From NCBI RefSeq assembly GCF_004010195.1, contig NC_057751.1, forward strand, positions 3,594,014-3,658,013: DNA of 64,000 bases, in the 5' to 3' direction. Position 1 is the stretch's first letter; each line of letters begins with the position of its first letter. The notes beneath the pieces were generated by a model, which was given only the letters and a program-made list of their open reading frames with translations, made no database searches and was not told the DNA's origin. The DNA is from Chiloscyllium plagiosum (taxonomy: Eukaryota). A program made the position numbers and the translations under genes. Below are positions 12,948 to 26,137 of the stretch, piece by piece.

Positions 12948-14699
12948 ACCCGCCAGCCCAGTCTGCCTGCCCTCGCTGTGCTTTTATTTAAATTAAATAA
13001 AATGTTTATGGGACCTTGAGATCTTGTTCAGGTTATCTGAAATTTGGATAACTGGGTTGTTCTGTACCCCTTCACAATGTCATCCTCATTTTGCCCAGCC
13101 TGCAATCCACCATCTCCACAAGTAGGTTCTCCTCGAGTCTCCTTCCAGCAGCAGCGGCCCCTCTTTGTTTCCCACTCCCCCATCTCCTTTCCCTTTCTTG
13201 CCTGTGGACAGATCTGACAACTGACGTTTGCCCACTCACTTTACTGACTTAAATGCTTCACTCAAGATGAGAAGTACCCAGGCCCCTGACCAATTCCCGC
13301 ATATCTTCCTGGCTGCATTAGCCTTTCAGAGCTACAAGACTAACTCTCTGGAGCCACAGGTCTGACTGTGACCTACTGCAGAGGTACAGACCCACTGACT
13401 GAGAAAAACCTGACTGTGGCCAATCTCTGGATTGATATCAGAGACTTATTGCGCTGGAAACCCTTGGCTGATGGGTGCCTTCCTGAACTCCAGTGATGAC
13501 TGCTCCCTTACAATTTTGTAAAATGGCTGCTTGCTAGCTGTGTTTGCTGTGTAAGCTGATGGCACATTGCACTGGTGTGAAATTGATGCAAAAGCACTGT
13601 GAGGATTTTGAGGGGTTGGCAATTCTTGGGTGTCAGTGTTTCGACAACAGCTGTGTGCAGCTGGTAATATTTCTTGTGCTTTTGTTGTGTGCCGACCAAC
13701 ACTGAGGCTTTTCACAGCCAGCAACAAGTTGAAATCACCGAGTACCTGCTCAGACTTCCACATGAAGGATTGTGATGGTTGGGACAATAGAATGCTGCAT
13801 ATTAATGAGTCAAGAGGTACAGTTAATACATTCATTAACAAGCAATAATGCCTATAAGTGGACAATTCACCACTGCCTTGCAAGAACCTCATTTCAATAA
13901 CCAGAACTCGTACATGTCTTTCAGGCCCCTAGAAGATTCTGCCCTGCATCTTTTTATTACCTTTCTATTTGAGCTGTGGACTGACAACAAGGAAGATTTG
14001 CTTCAAATCAAGGAGACAATGCAAAGAGATGGATGCAGTTTGAACAATCATATTTATTGGAGCATAATGTAACTTGTATACAATGTTGCTTTCCCTGGAA
14101 AAGTGAGAAGTAAAAGCAGATTATTTACTGTCCAGGTGATGACAACTTGTACGGCTTGTTGGGATCAGTGCAACAGAGAACTATCTAGCCTGTGAAGAGA
14201 AAGCACCCTTTTCTACAAATCCTGTACTGAGTGGAGAATGAAGTATCTTTAAATCAGTGAAAGAAGGAATGTTCAACCAGTGAAAGAAAGAGCATCGGTG
14301 TACAAACAGACTTGTGTTAACACCAAAAAACTAAAAAGCAATTGAAAGCAAGAGAAAGAATGCAACTCATTAAAGACTGTTTTGCTGATTTTTCTTTCTT
14401 TTTCAAGCCTTAATATGTACATCTGTCTCTTTGGGAAAGGGAGAAATTGAGGGAGGGATAGAGTTTAGCTTGTAGAGTTACGAATTAGGAATTCATATTT
14501 CCGAACTGTCACCGGTTAAAGACAATTTGTTTGAGTTATTTTCTTGAGGAGTACAGAAACCTATGAGTATTTTCTTTTAACTTGAGTCTGTCAGGTAAAC
14601 TGGGTACTGTGGTGAGTTTGATGAAACCTTTTCACATTTATGACGACTCTGAAAATTGTGGCACTTGATTTCCAATGCACAATCCCAGTCAGTTATAAC

Positions 14700-15280
14700 T
14701 TAGATTGTCCCACTCACTGGCTTTTTCTCCCTTTTATAACTTGTTTTTAACAAGCATTCATCAAGTTTCTCTTCAGAAACGTCTAATGAATCAGAATTCA
14801 CGACCCTATCGAACATGTACTCAAAATGCTAATTACATTGTGTCAGCAAGTTTTCCCTTATGTTTCCTCAGGTTTTTCTGTTGATTACCTTAAATTTGCT
14901 GCCTCTGGTTATGAACCCATCAGCCAGTGAAAACTGCTACTCTTTCTTTACTCTGTCCCAGCATTTCAATAAGTCAGCTTTTACAATTTACTCTGTCTTA
15001 TTTCCCTTGGAGAACAACCTCAATTTCTCCTTTCATCTACCTGATTGTAATCCCTCACAACCTTTTCATCAATCTGTTCTCTGCATTTCTCTGAAATGTT
15101 TACATCCTTCCTGAAGGACGATAGCCAGAATTGGGGACAATATTCCAGCTGGGGCTGAACTCATATTTTAGAAAGATACTGCAAAATTTCCTGGCTTCTG
15201 TACTCTGTGCTTCCACACATGAAGTCACTTTCATAACCTTTGGTACCACTCAAGATTTGTGCACAAGTAAGCCCTGGATT
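14700..15280 (-). mobile_element. Old CR1 3' fragment
   Basis: CCAGAATTGGGGACAATATTCCAGCTGGGG is the reverse of the PQLEYC..FW motif. Confidence 0.6.
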
Positions 15281-16506
15281 GTCAATTTGACCTGACTTGT
15301 CCGCTTAGAAGATGATGGGATTGGGTTTTCCATCTGCCTGATTCTGACTGACCTCCATCGAGTGACAGTAGCAAACTATGAAGATGCACACAATCAGATT
15401 TAGCTCTGTGGATCTCATAGTTTTACGATAATTTCAGAATTTGGAAACACAAAGCCATTTGCTGAGAAGAGATAGATCATTACTGGCTTAAGTTTTTGAT
15501 CCTTTTGAAGGACAAATGCAGTTCCTTGAAGGCTTCAAAACAGCCAGGACTTAAACTTGGTTTGTTTAAAAAGAAAACAAGAGCAAAAATGGGACATGAG
15601 AAAACACTGATGGATTCTGTCAGTCTATCAAGGGGAAGTGGATACCCATGGAAAGAGTAAGTTCCATTAGGCATAGGCATATCGGTGCCGGGAGCTGGAT
15701 GATATTGGTAGGGTGATCAATTAAATACTTCACATCCATCTTGACTTTGGAGAAAGAGGATATATGTTCAGAATTCAGGAAGAAGGTCTGTGAGGTTGAC
15801 ATAAGTAGTGAGGACTGTTGGAGATTTTAGCAGGCTTAAAAGTGGACAAATCCCAGGTCCAGATGAGTTACATCCTCGGCTGCTGTGGGAGACAAAGGAG
15901 GGCCTGAGAGAGAGGTCATGCGCACAAATGTGAATTCTTCAAAGTGGTGATCAGGTGCATGTAGGTGAGGATCATGCAGTTGATGAAGTTTAGATGGATT
16001 TTAGTAAAGACTGATAAAGAAGGTACAAGCTCATGGGATCCAGGATAACTTGCAAGTTGGATCCAAAATTGACTTTGTTATGGAAAAAAGTGTTGTGGTA
16101 GAAGCTATTTGTATGACTGAAGGCCGGTGTCGAGTGACATACTACACGGACCAATGCTGGGTCTGTTATTGTTTGTGATACATAAAAACGATAGAGAAGA
16201 ACATATAGGGGAAACGATAAGTAAGTTTGCAGATGACACAAATATTAGCCTGGTCGTTTGACTGTGAAAGGAAAGGACTTAGCTTACAGGAGCACATAGA
16301 GGATTAGTCGGATGGGCAGATGAATGGCAGATGGAATTTAGCCCTGATAAGTGTATAGTGATGCATTTTTGAAGAAGGAAGAAGACAATGAATGGTAGGA
16401 CATAAGAAAGGATCTTGGGGTGCCTGTCCATAGATCCCTGAAAGCAGCAGGCCAGGTGAGTAGGATAGTTAAGAAGGCAGGTGGGATGCTTGCCTTTACT
16501 GGTCGT

Positions 16507-16610
16507 ACAAAGTTAAAAATCACAGGTTATAGTCTAACAGGTTTAATTGGAAGCACACAAACTTTTTAACTTTGTACACCCCAGTCCAACACCGGCATCT
16601 CCAAATCAAT
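16507..16610. mobile_element. 104-bp Penelope-like end insertion with 13-bp TSD
   Basis: CTTTACTGGTCGT at 16494-16506 and 16611-16623; same family as 27490-27583 and 56253-56740. Confidence 0.8.
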
Positions 16611-17172
16611 CTTTACTGGTCGTGGCATGGATTATATGAGCAGAGAGGTTATGTTGCTGTTGCACAGGACTTTGGTTAGGTCACAGCTGGTGTACTGTGT
16701 GCAGTTCTCGTCAGCACACTGCATGAAGGATGCAATTGCGCTGGAGTGGGTACAAAGGAGATTCACCAGGATGTTGCCTGGGATGGACCAGTTTAGCCAT
16801 TAAGAGAGTCTGGAGAAGCTCAGGTTCTTTTCTTTCAAAACAGAGTAGGCTGAGAGAGGATCTGATTGAGGTGTGAAAGACTATGAGAGGCTTGAGCAGG
16901 ATGGATAGAAAGTACCTGGCCCCTTTATTTGAAGGGTCAATAACAAGGGGGCATAATGTTAAGGTGAAAGGCAGATGTTTAGAGGGAATTTGAGGAAACC
17001 AGATTCACCAGAGGGCAGTGGGAATCTGGGATGAACTGCCTGGGATGGTCACTGCAGCAGGAAACCGCACAATCTTCAAAAAGTAATTGGATCAGCATTT
17101 GAAATGTCATAATATTCAAGGTTATGAGCCAAGTGCTGGAAAGTGGGATTCATATAGATTTAGTGCAGTGAT

Positions 17173-17354
17173 TGTAACGAGGTCACCCAAGTGGACCTCA
17201 TGGAATTTGAGCTCCCTGACTGAAACAGAAGTGCCAGGGGTTCTGTTCACTATGAGAGCTAGCTCTGAGGGAGCTGAATCAGTGTCAAGGACTCTCCTTG
17301 TGTAAATAAAGGGGGACATGGTATTGGGATACCGGCCTCTGTGGAGTTACTTCA
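17173..17354 (+). mobile_element. Short solo-LTR-like element
   Basis: TGTAACG...TTACTTCA ends, internal AATAAA; inverted relatives at ~22176-22392 and ~29231-29365; no TSD seen. Confidence 0.55.
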
Positions 17355-17760
17355 ATTTGAGTAGTTTTTGTCGGTGCAGCTTTGATGGACCAAAGGACCT
17401 CTTCTGCACTGCATGATTTCATTGAAATGAAGAACACCACTTTATGCTTTGGCTCTTGTCTTCATATATGGACTACTGAATAATGGCCAAATACAAATAT
17501 TCTAGATGGCTATCAGGGTGTCTACAATAGCAATGCTGAGGAATGGTTCAGGGAAAGCTAAGACACCTTGCTGAGAATTATATATGTTTTATAATATTCA
17601 CTCCAACGGCAGAGTCAAGAACATTCATAAATGCACATTTTCAAGTTCATTGTTTCAGCAACAAATGTGCATGATCTTTGTCAGATATCTGAAAATATGC
17701 AAGTAGTTTCCAGGTCTATATACACCAGTACTGAACCACATTCTTAAAATGGATGCTTAC

Positions 17761-17863
17761 CTCTGTCACAATTTGGCTTGAATTTCAGTAGTTCAAGATA
17801 CAATGACATTGAACCGGATTCTGTGGAGGTGTCTTGAAAGTACACAGTTCTATCTGTGGTATC
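17761..17863 (-). CDS. Candidate coding exon, unassigned (DTTDRTVYFQDTSTESGSMSLYLELLKFKPNCDR)
   Basis: Acceptor TGTCATTCAACAG|, donor GAG|GTAAGC; only one of three frames open; non-repetitive. Confidence 0.35.
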
Positions 17864-18614
17864 CTGTTGAATGACAACTACCTACTTCTGACATTTCTCG
17901 ACTTCATTGACTTCTTCCTCTCTTGGTCCCAGCAGTTTTTTCTTAGTCACTTTGCAATGAACAGATCAGTGCTTTGTGCACACACACACGCGTACATACA
18001 CAGCCATTTCTTTGCCAGGATGACTCATGCTCTCAGACACCATTATTGGCAGCTCCAGTCAGATGCTACAGTGCCGACTTGTTGGGGATTTCCAAATCTC
18101 TGCACTGCTGAACTCAATTTGATGAGAACAAGCTTTTTTTTTTAAATAAAGTTGGCTCCTTTCAATTGCCAAGCCTTCGCTGAACTAACCTCCAAACATT
18201 AGATTGGTTATCTTATGCACTGTGAACAACATCCAAAATCAAATTCAATGAGCCAATTGATCTTTCAACTTTAAAACGTTGAGATGTCCTCATTAGTTTC
18301 ATATACACATCTGTTCTCTGTCAGTGTTCTCTCATTCATCCTGATAGCAATTATAACTTATATCAAAAGCATCAACACTGGACAGTACCACCATTAAAGA
18401 AGAAAACAGCCAAAGCAAATTCAATTTTTAAACACATCATTGTAAAAAGATGTGAAGGCAGCAACTGGATGGTACAGGAAGGGAGCATATTGGCCTTTCA
18501 GCTCTTACAATTGGTGTTTGAGTTGAAACCAAATAGTTGGATTAGGAATCTGCTGTGTCTGTTCTCTGCAAGAATTACATGTCAATGGAGAGCAGTTTTA
18601 ATTGTAAAGGAATG

Positions 18615-18792
18615 TTCTGGTTAGGTGAGCGGTCATGCTAAATTTGCCCATAGTGTTCAGGAATGTGCAGGTTCGGTGCATTAGTCAGGGTAAATGTACA
18701 ATAACAGGGGAATTGGTCTGGGTGGGATATTCTTCGAAGGTTGTTGTGTTGCTTGGCTGAAGGGTTGGTTTCCACACTGTAGAGATTCTGTG
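18615..18792 (+). mobile_element. HE1 SINE 3' half
   Basis: GGTCATGCTAAATTTGCCCATAGTG...TTTCCACACTGTAG. Confidence 0.7.
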
Positions 18793-21129
18793 AAAGCTGT
18801 CACTGGTTTTGCACAAATTGGCAGTTACTTTTAAACGAGAGGTATAACAGACAGACAGTGGTTTGGTGTGGGGCATTTTCTGACAAGGGTAGGGATTGAA
18901 ACACATTATTATGGTAGGGTAGACATAAATTTGCTCTATCCTTTGAACTGTCTCCTCCTGCTTCTGCTTTTTTTGCAGCCTTTCATGAAGATGCTGATTC
19001 ACTGTCAATTTATCACCTAAATACAAGAGCTCAATTGAAATGTCACCAAGTTACTCAAGTGTGGGGATACTTTCAAATGCTACCAACTCTTTGCCTGGTT
19101 CGTATGTTCACTTGTATTGCAATTGCTGGACTCGTGCAGGAGCCTGAAATCTAGCATCAGTTAGAACCTCAAAACCCCGGCTGCCCGAGCTTGGCGTACT
19201 AGGAGGGAGTCAGGTGGAATGCAAGCAGTTAAGCTGTAATGTAGGGATAACATTTCTCATGACAATCAAGACTGTCAAGTATAAGTATGCACTTTTCAAT
19301 TCATATTGGCTGCAAATAGCCGTGTCAGTTTCTCAGGCACAACACAAAGCCAGAGCAGGTGAAAGCTTTGCTACAGCAATGATTCTGACCAAAATCTCAA
19401 TGAGCTACGACAGCATACAACTATGTTGCAAGGACACATCTATCTGTACTGAGTCAGTATAGAATCTCCCTGACAAATGGTGTAAATTTTGACTCAAAGT
19501 GAGCATAGCTGGATAGGCAGGACACCAAATTATGATGCTGCCACACACAATTTGAAATTAGATGCTTGCATTAAATCTGTTTAATGAGTTAACAAAGTTG
19601 ATGACAACACAAAATCAACCTTCACATGCCTTCATAAATAATTGTGGATGATGAGGTGCATTGTGTCAGAATTTCATTCTGTGAACTCTTCCTGTGTTCA
19701 TTTAAACTCAGGCAGATGGGATGTATAATGATTCTGCTCCCTAACATGCATTTAAATGAATTCCTGTAGCTCATATCTACTTCAAACGACACCAGCTAAA
19801 AGCAGAAAAAGGTCCCTGGATTTAGTGCGAACATAGCAATCGGACCCAGCAATATGCAGTGTAAATGCTGGAAAAAAAAGGGAAACCAATGTCGTAGATG
19901 ATGAAGAATGGACATGAAATACACAGGGTGGTCATGTCAAGAACTCCATTTACTTCTGGACTAAGCTTGAATTTTACGTTTGAGGTCAGTCTCAGGGTAG
20001 CCACAAAACCAAACCTGAATATCCAATTCCAGCATTCTGTTGCAAATTATATGTTTTGACACTGCCACCTCCACATGGATCATAATTCCTGAATGCATTC
20101 CTGTTGGGGCATTAGCAATGCTGGATTTCTTGTGGCTTGCAGGATTTGAAATGAAATGTGGAGATATCATTTTTTTAAAAGCTTTCCTTACTCTCGTGGT
20201 GGCATAATGTCTTCAGGTCATGAGAGGATTCATGCAACTTTCATAAACTTTAAACAACTTGTCACAGAACTGGGAAGCTGTGATGGGTGAAGCAGTATGA
20301 AAATCAATAGAAGGAATTGTCTAATTGGAATAAAAACAGCGTAATCCACTAAAATAGAGAAAACTATCCCATGATGTCATTCACCAAGTGCTCCACCCAA
20401 GGCTAATGCTCCGCTCTATGCAAATTCAAGTTATGCTCAGCAAAAGCAGATATGTAATAACGTCTGTGCATGGATGAGGAAATAATTCTGAAAGGGTTTA
20501 ATAATAAGATTTTAAAACCTTTACGTATCCTTGGAAATGTACCAGCCTCTGAGTTTACAGAAACGGCAGTGACATAATGTGGAAATATTCTTGGCATCTT
20601 ATATTAGTTAATACTCTGAGTAAAGTATGTTGAGGTCAAACAACTCAGATTTCACCAATATTCTGAAGGTCTGGTCAGCTAAGTTACAGTGAGAGATGGA
20701 GTTTTGAGGAAACACCTGCATAGCTGTAAGTCTCTGACCACCTAAGAACCTGTATAAAATATTTACAAGGTATTCTTTATTTCTTTATGAAAACTGTTGG
20801 CGATCATGCAACACTACACCCATTATCCTAGTCAAGGGAGCATTGTTAATGAACAAAAGATGTGTGATGTCACAAGCAGAACAGCGTAATAGACATCTCA
20901 CACTAGAGAGGTAACATGCCAAAAATAATCCATCTTCTCACAAAAGAATCTGTACTTTCCAGACATAATGATTTGAAAGAGTTAGTGCTGAAGTACCTTG
21001 TTTGTGTGATGTTGTTAAAAACAGCAGAGACAGGAAATAAACTTTGTTGCATCTGTTTTCCAAGTGTAAAACAATGGCAATGAAAACCAATTTGGATTCA
21101 ATGTCCTGAGCCAAATTAATCGTGCACTG

Positions 21130-21410
21130 GATAAGGGATAAGCCATTTCAGACTGACATAAAGAGAAATTTCTTCACTCCAAGAACAGGGAGCCTGTGGA
21201 ATTCTCTACCAAAGGAGGCTGTGGAGATCAAGTCACTGAACACATTTAAGAAAGAAATAGATTGATTTTCAGAAGCTAAATTTTTCAGTGTCTGGGGAAA
21301 GATCAGGTGTATGGCATTGAGATAAAGGATCAGAAATGGTCATGTTGAATGGTGGAGTAGGCTAGAAGGGCTAAATGGCCTACTTTTGGTCCTGTTTTCT
21401 ATGTTTCTAT
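21130..21410 (+). mobile_element. CR1 3' end
   Basis: RNFFT..LWNSLP motif and TTTCTATG tail. Confidence 0.75.
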
Positions 21411-24400
21411 CTTTTGACACTGATGAGTTTATCCAATTTTAGAGCAGCCTAATCTGTCATCCTTAACAGCTGGACGTCTCTGAACAGAGGATTATATCTT
21501 TATTTTACAAATGTTCATGTGAAGCCAGGAGGGGTAGGATTATTGCTGGTTCCCCAGCACCACTGCTGACTTGCACTTGGTCTTTTTCTCAGTCTCATTG
21601 TCTACCTCCAGCAATTACCTTTGCCAGCGAGATCGCTGGATTTAATGTGATCCAACTGGTAGCCAGGTAGCTGCTTCTGGAGACGCGACAGGCATCTACA
21701 GTTCACAAACAATATTACAATGAGGTCAAAGGCCCAACTTCTGTTAGGCCTCAGGTTCAGTCTTGCATTTGAGCTATATGAAGAGTTAGGCCCCTCCAAA
21801 GAAGGGACTATAACCCATAGCACTGGGATTTTAAAACTTACTTTGAATTGATTTACTTTTTATCAACTGCTTCACTGACAAAATAATGATCAATATAGAT
21901 CAGAACAAAGTACTGTCATGTTGAGGGTCAATATGTACTTTCTGGAAATCCTGTGTTATCTCACTTGTTTCAGAGTAATTATTGCTTTCCTGTTTTGAGA
22001 TATGGACTTCAGATAGCCTATTACAATCCCCTGATGTCACAAATCGAGTGATTTGTTTCTCAAAATTGTTTCTTTCTGTTAAAAGCTCAGCAGGATCAGC
22101 ACTTGCCTCAAAATTACTTTTCCTGAAGAACCCCCCCGTTCTCCATAACCTTTTGTAAAATCAAGCATCTTATTTGAAATAACTGCAGAGAATGGTATCC
22201 CATCACCAAGTCACCCTTTAATTACCTATGCACAGTACACTGGCTGTGACCAGCCAACTTGGAGTCAATCTCCTGACTGAGGAAATTCTGAATCTCCTGT
22301 TACTATTGGTCAGCCAGGGCTTTCCTGGTTGGCCTGGGTTAACAACCCTAATTGAGGATCTCGTAGTCAACAAGGTCAACCTAGTTCCAATCATGACTCT
22401 ATTCTTTTCATTTTGCCCATTTCAACATTTTATTTTAATAATTTAAGTGACTGAAATTAAGGTGTGGGAATATTTCACACATTTGTACAAAATTCACCTG
22501 AGGAGACATCAAACTATTTTGAACTCTGTTCCGAATATTTTCACAGCCATAGTTTTCAATGGTTTGCTTTCAGTTTTACACAACGCTCTGAGATATTTGC
22601 TCTGCTCTAATTCTGGCTTCCTGAATATCCCTGATTTTAACCACTTACCACTGACGACCGGGCTTTTAGGTGCCAAAACACAAGGCTTGGAATTCCTTCC
22701 CTAAATCTCAGCACCCTTCTCACCTCCTTTCAAATGCTCATTAAAAACACAGATTTACTGCTGTGGTATTGTCTGCCACGGACTGGTGCCAAGCTTTATT
22801 TGACAGTTCTCCTGTGATGTCTCATGGGATCTGTTACAAAGCGAACACAGCTATATGAAACCAAAATGTTGTTATCTTAACTTTTGTTGAGCTTTTTTGC
22901 AATTTTGTTTATTTCTTTGTATTCCTCTCAGTTTTTCTTTTCCTTTTGTTTCTCTCTGCATTAATTCTGACATTATACCAATGATTTCACTTCAGATGTA
23001 CTTCTGGAAAGAGCTTTAGAATGTCAATTGGACATGAGAGGCAATGACTTACTTAATTGCAAGACTTGCTTCTTGAGCAGTAATTTTTTTATTTGTAAAA
23101 TTTATAAACATAATTCATATAATCTTTCTGTAGCTTTTCAAGTACAGCTCAGGCAGTGAGCATTTAATTCTCCTCTGGGGCAATGGCAGGAGGTTTGCAG
23201 TGTGGCGGCGCGGTAGTGAAAGAGAAGAGAGGGGGCGAATTAATTTCATCTGCTCATGATTAGTATTGTGAGTCAGCGAGGCATTCCTTTGTGGGTGGAA
23301 CGTATGCTGCATGCCTAAATCTCCAACCATCCAATCAGGAGAAGTACCGAAGATGGTGGAGAATATGTGTTTAAGACCACCCCACACAATCTAACTGGAG
23401 GGAGGATGGAGCATTAGTCAGCGACTTGCAAAGGAATAAAAATAGCACTTTGCTGTTATGCAATTGCATGAATACCTAACCTGGCTTTAATGTACATGAA
23501 AATACCACTAGCCAGGTGAAAGCTGAGCAACGTGGGTTACAAAAAATATGGTTGTTCCAAATGCTCGGATCACTCACTATTATAGCTGAGGCTGCTTGTT
23601 AATTTAGTTATTTGGCTCATTATCCAGAAAGCGAAATCTTTACAATAATCATTTAACTTAAGGTAAATTGCCAGAATTAATGTAATTTTCAGGGTCGGTG
23701 AGTTGTTTATTCAGCAAAAAGATAAAGTTCCAGCAGCTGTTCAACCACATTTGGTCAGTCCCTACCTCATCTCTGTGATGTTCCCACTCTCTCTCTGCAG
23801 TGAATCTTAACCATGAGATCTAAACAGCTATAATTTATTCTCTGATTCTCTGACTCTCTAAGGGTCCATAACATGTGATAGAAAATCTTGGCATTTATTA
23901 TTTACTATCAGTTAATGGCCAACTGTCTTGTTATACTCACACATTACTTATTTTCACATTGAAAGTGTGTGGATGCTTGCTTCTGTACGTTTTCTTAAAA
24001 CTGGAAAAACAAGACAAACTATCCCTTAAATCTTTCAATAACTCCAGCAAATCTCATGAGTAAGACAATGCTGCAGCAACATTTTCAAAACCCCAATCCA
24101 GACTGGACACAATTCAAAACAGAGAAATTCTAACAACAAAATTAAAAGAATTGAAAATGGAACATGTCAACAAAATTCACTCAAGACCAATGTTGCCTTA
24201 CAAGTGAGGCTTTCCTTTCATTTCCTTTTTGGTCCTCAAATACTCCTTCTTGCTTCCAGGGTAGCTCATACTTGCACAGTATGTCGATTTGCTTTGAGGA
24301 AACAATATCACAATATGCAACATGTTTTGAACTCTTTTATTGTGACACTGCTGAGGGTCTTCAACATATCCCCTCAAATTTGTAATGGTTGCATACAGAT

Positions 24401-26044
24401 TACTACCAGTTGAAATCATTTCCTCTTTGCTCTCACTTTAACTATTATCTCTCTTCCTGTGAATCTCTCAGATAATGCACATTTATACTCCAGCTTGGAG
24501 AGGAAGTAAGCAATCTTCTCCAAAATCTCAGCCAAATTCATAACAGTGTGAAATTGGGAATGCTAATCGCATTGCACTATCACAGGTATCAACCATAAAA
24601 TCAAATGTAATTTCACCTCCGAATACAATCACAACAAAGCTACAATTTGTCCCCATCAATTGCTCTTCCTCCTCTCAAAGTTTTAACCAACCAAACCCCC
24701 AAAGGCTGTGTGACTTAGTTCATATTTCAGAATACATGCTCATGGAGAAGTACCAAATGTTACATTTATGTGTCAGTTTCTTGTGCAGTCATATCAGGTA
24801 CATTGACATTTTAAATGATAGTTTGATTCTCAGAAGACCAAATTTCAAATAGAAAAATAGACATTCTCATGGGAAAGTTTTAATAAAATTGGGCAAAGAT
24901 GTGTGAAACCATTCCCAAATTATTTTTCAGACATGAAGTATGATGCTGTTATCATGTTAATTTTAATCATATCAAAACAAAGGAAAATGCTTATCCTCTA
25001 GGGTGCTTGTCGTTAGCATTTGGGAAAGCACTATTAAGTCACAGCTACATGTGCTGTGTTTATAATGGAAAGGTTGATAGTTGTAACAATTGGATCCTGA
25101 TGGGGTTTGAAAGACTAAAGTTATTCACAGAATCAGAAATTATAAATATGATTAAAATTATATGATTTAATAATGAATAAATAATTATCTACTTACCTTT
25201 TAGACTAAAATTAAGTCTATATGTGCTTTTTCATCTTGGATGTTTCTCATACTATCACATCTCTCCTTATTATTTCCATTCCATTTCTGACATTCTCAGT
25301 ATTTGCACATCCTCCATTTTTATAGTCCTGTATCTATTGAGTTCATTAATTTCTCCAATCCATTTTGTCTTTCTCATGTGACATGAAACAAAGCTTTCCT
25401 ATCTAAATAACTATTTTACTCAAGAAATTGGACTAATGTTTTTCTCAGTACTGTTCACAAATCCAGCTTAACAATCACCCACTCACCCACCAGCTGATTG
25501 TATGTAAGACAGAATACAACTGCTATGATACTCGGTGCTGAATTACTTCATGATATTTTTGGGAGGGAAGCAAATGGATCTCCATTGCTGAGAACTTCCA
25601 TTCCACGCCTTGATGAAATGAAATAAAGTCAACAGAAAAACATGTAAAATTTAAGGAAAACACAAGTGGCAACATAAAGCCTTTCAAAGGTTGATCAACC
25701 TAACAGGAAACGTGATACATTAAATTTGGTGAAGTTGACCAAAAAGTTAAGCATGTCCAAACCTTCCATTGCTTCCAGGCTCGGTAATTTTGTAAATCTG
25801 TCATGGGAAATTTGTTTCAGAATTTACTCTCAAAACAAAACATGATCCAGTGCAATTGGTTGAGATCAAAACAAAGTCTGCATTATAACACCTCGCTTTT
25901 CAAAAACATTTAATTGTCTGCAAAGTGCTATGGGAGATATTGAATGAAAAAAGTGACTACAGTGCAAGTTACTTTTTCACGAATGCACCATGAGCTATTA
26001 ACATATGAAAACTTTGTGTTTTTAGAGCTGGCAATGGTATCATG

Positions 26045-26137
26045 CATGTCGACAGCAGGTCAGGCAGCATCTGAGGTGCAGGAGAATTGACATTTCAGGC
26101 ATAAGCCCTTCATCAGGAATGAGGGCTTATGCCTGAA
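26045..26137 (-). mobile_element. Penelope-like end fragment with hammerhead motif and inverted partial copy
   Basis: Minus strand CTGATGA-A-GGGC-TTAT-GCCT-GAAAT-GTC; perfect 16-bp inverted repeat 26094-26109/26122-26137; possible TSD GGTA(T/C)CATG. Confidence 0.7.

Larger units (their letters stand above)
8559..13066. mobile_element. pogo/Tigger-like non-autonomous element whose interior is the minisatellite
   Basis: Left TA-GAGAATAACCTCGGTTATCC (8559-8580) vs reverse complement of right end TA-CAGAACAACC-CAGTTATCC (13046-13066): 16/20 match, TA on both sides. Confidence 0.55.
15490..17420 (+). mobile_element. Decayed CR1 ORF2 to 3' end, interrupted at 16507-16610 and 17173-17354
   Basis: MDFSK, SKFADDT (AGTAAGTTTGCAGATGACACA), RFTRMLPG and YEPSAGKWD motifs. 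Confidence 0.85.

Noticed and set aside
8583..12948. Long Cys/Pro/His-rich minus-strand ORFs (up to 426 aa)
   Set aside because: The reverse strand of the 31-bp unit contains no stop triplet, so all three frames are open and give the same 31-aa repeat. This is an artefact.
13446..14700. Possible old LTR, with a similar stretch at ~57840-58383
   Set aside because: General resemblance only; no paired LTR, PBS or TSD identified.
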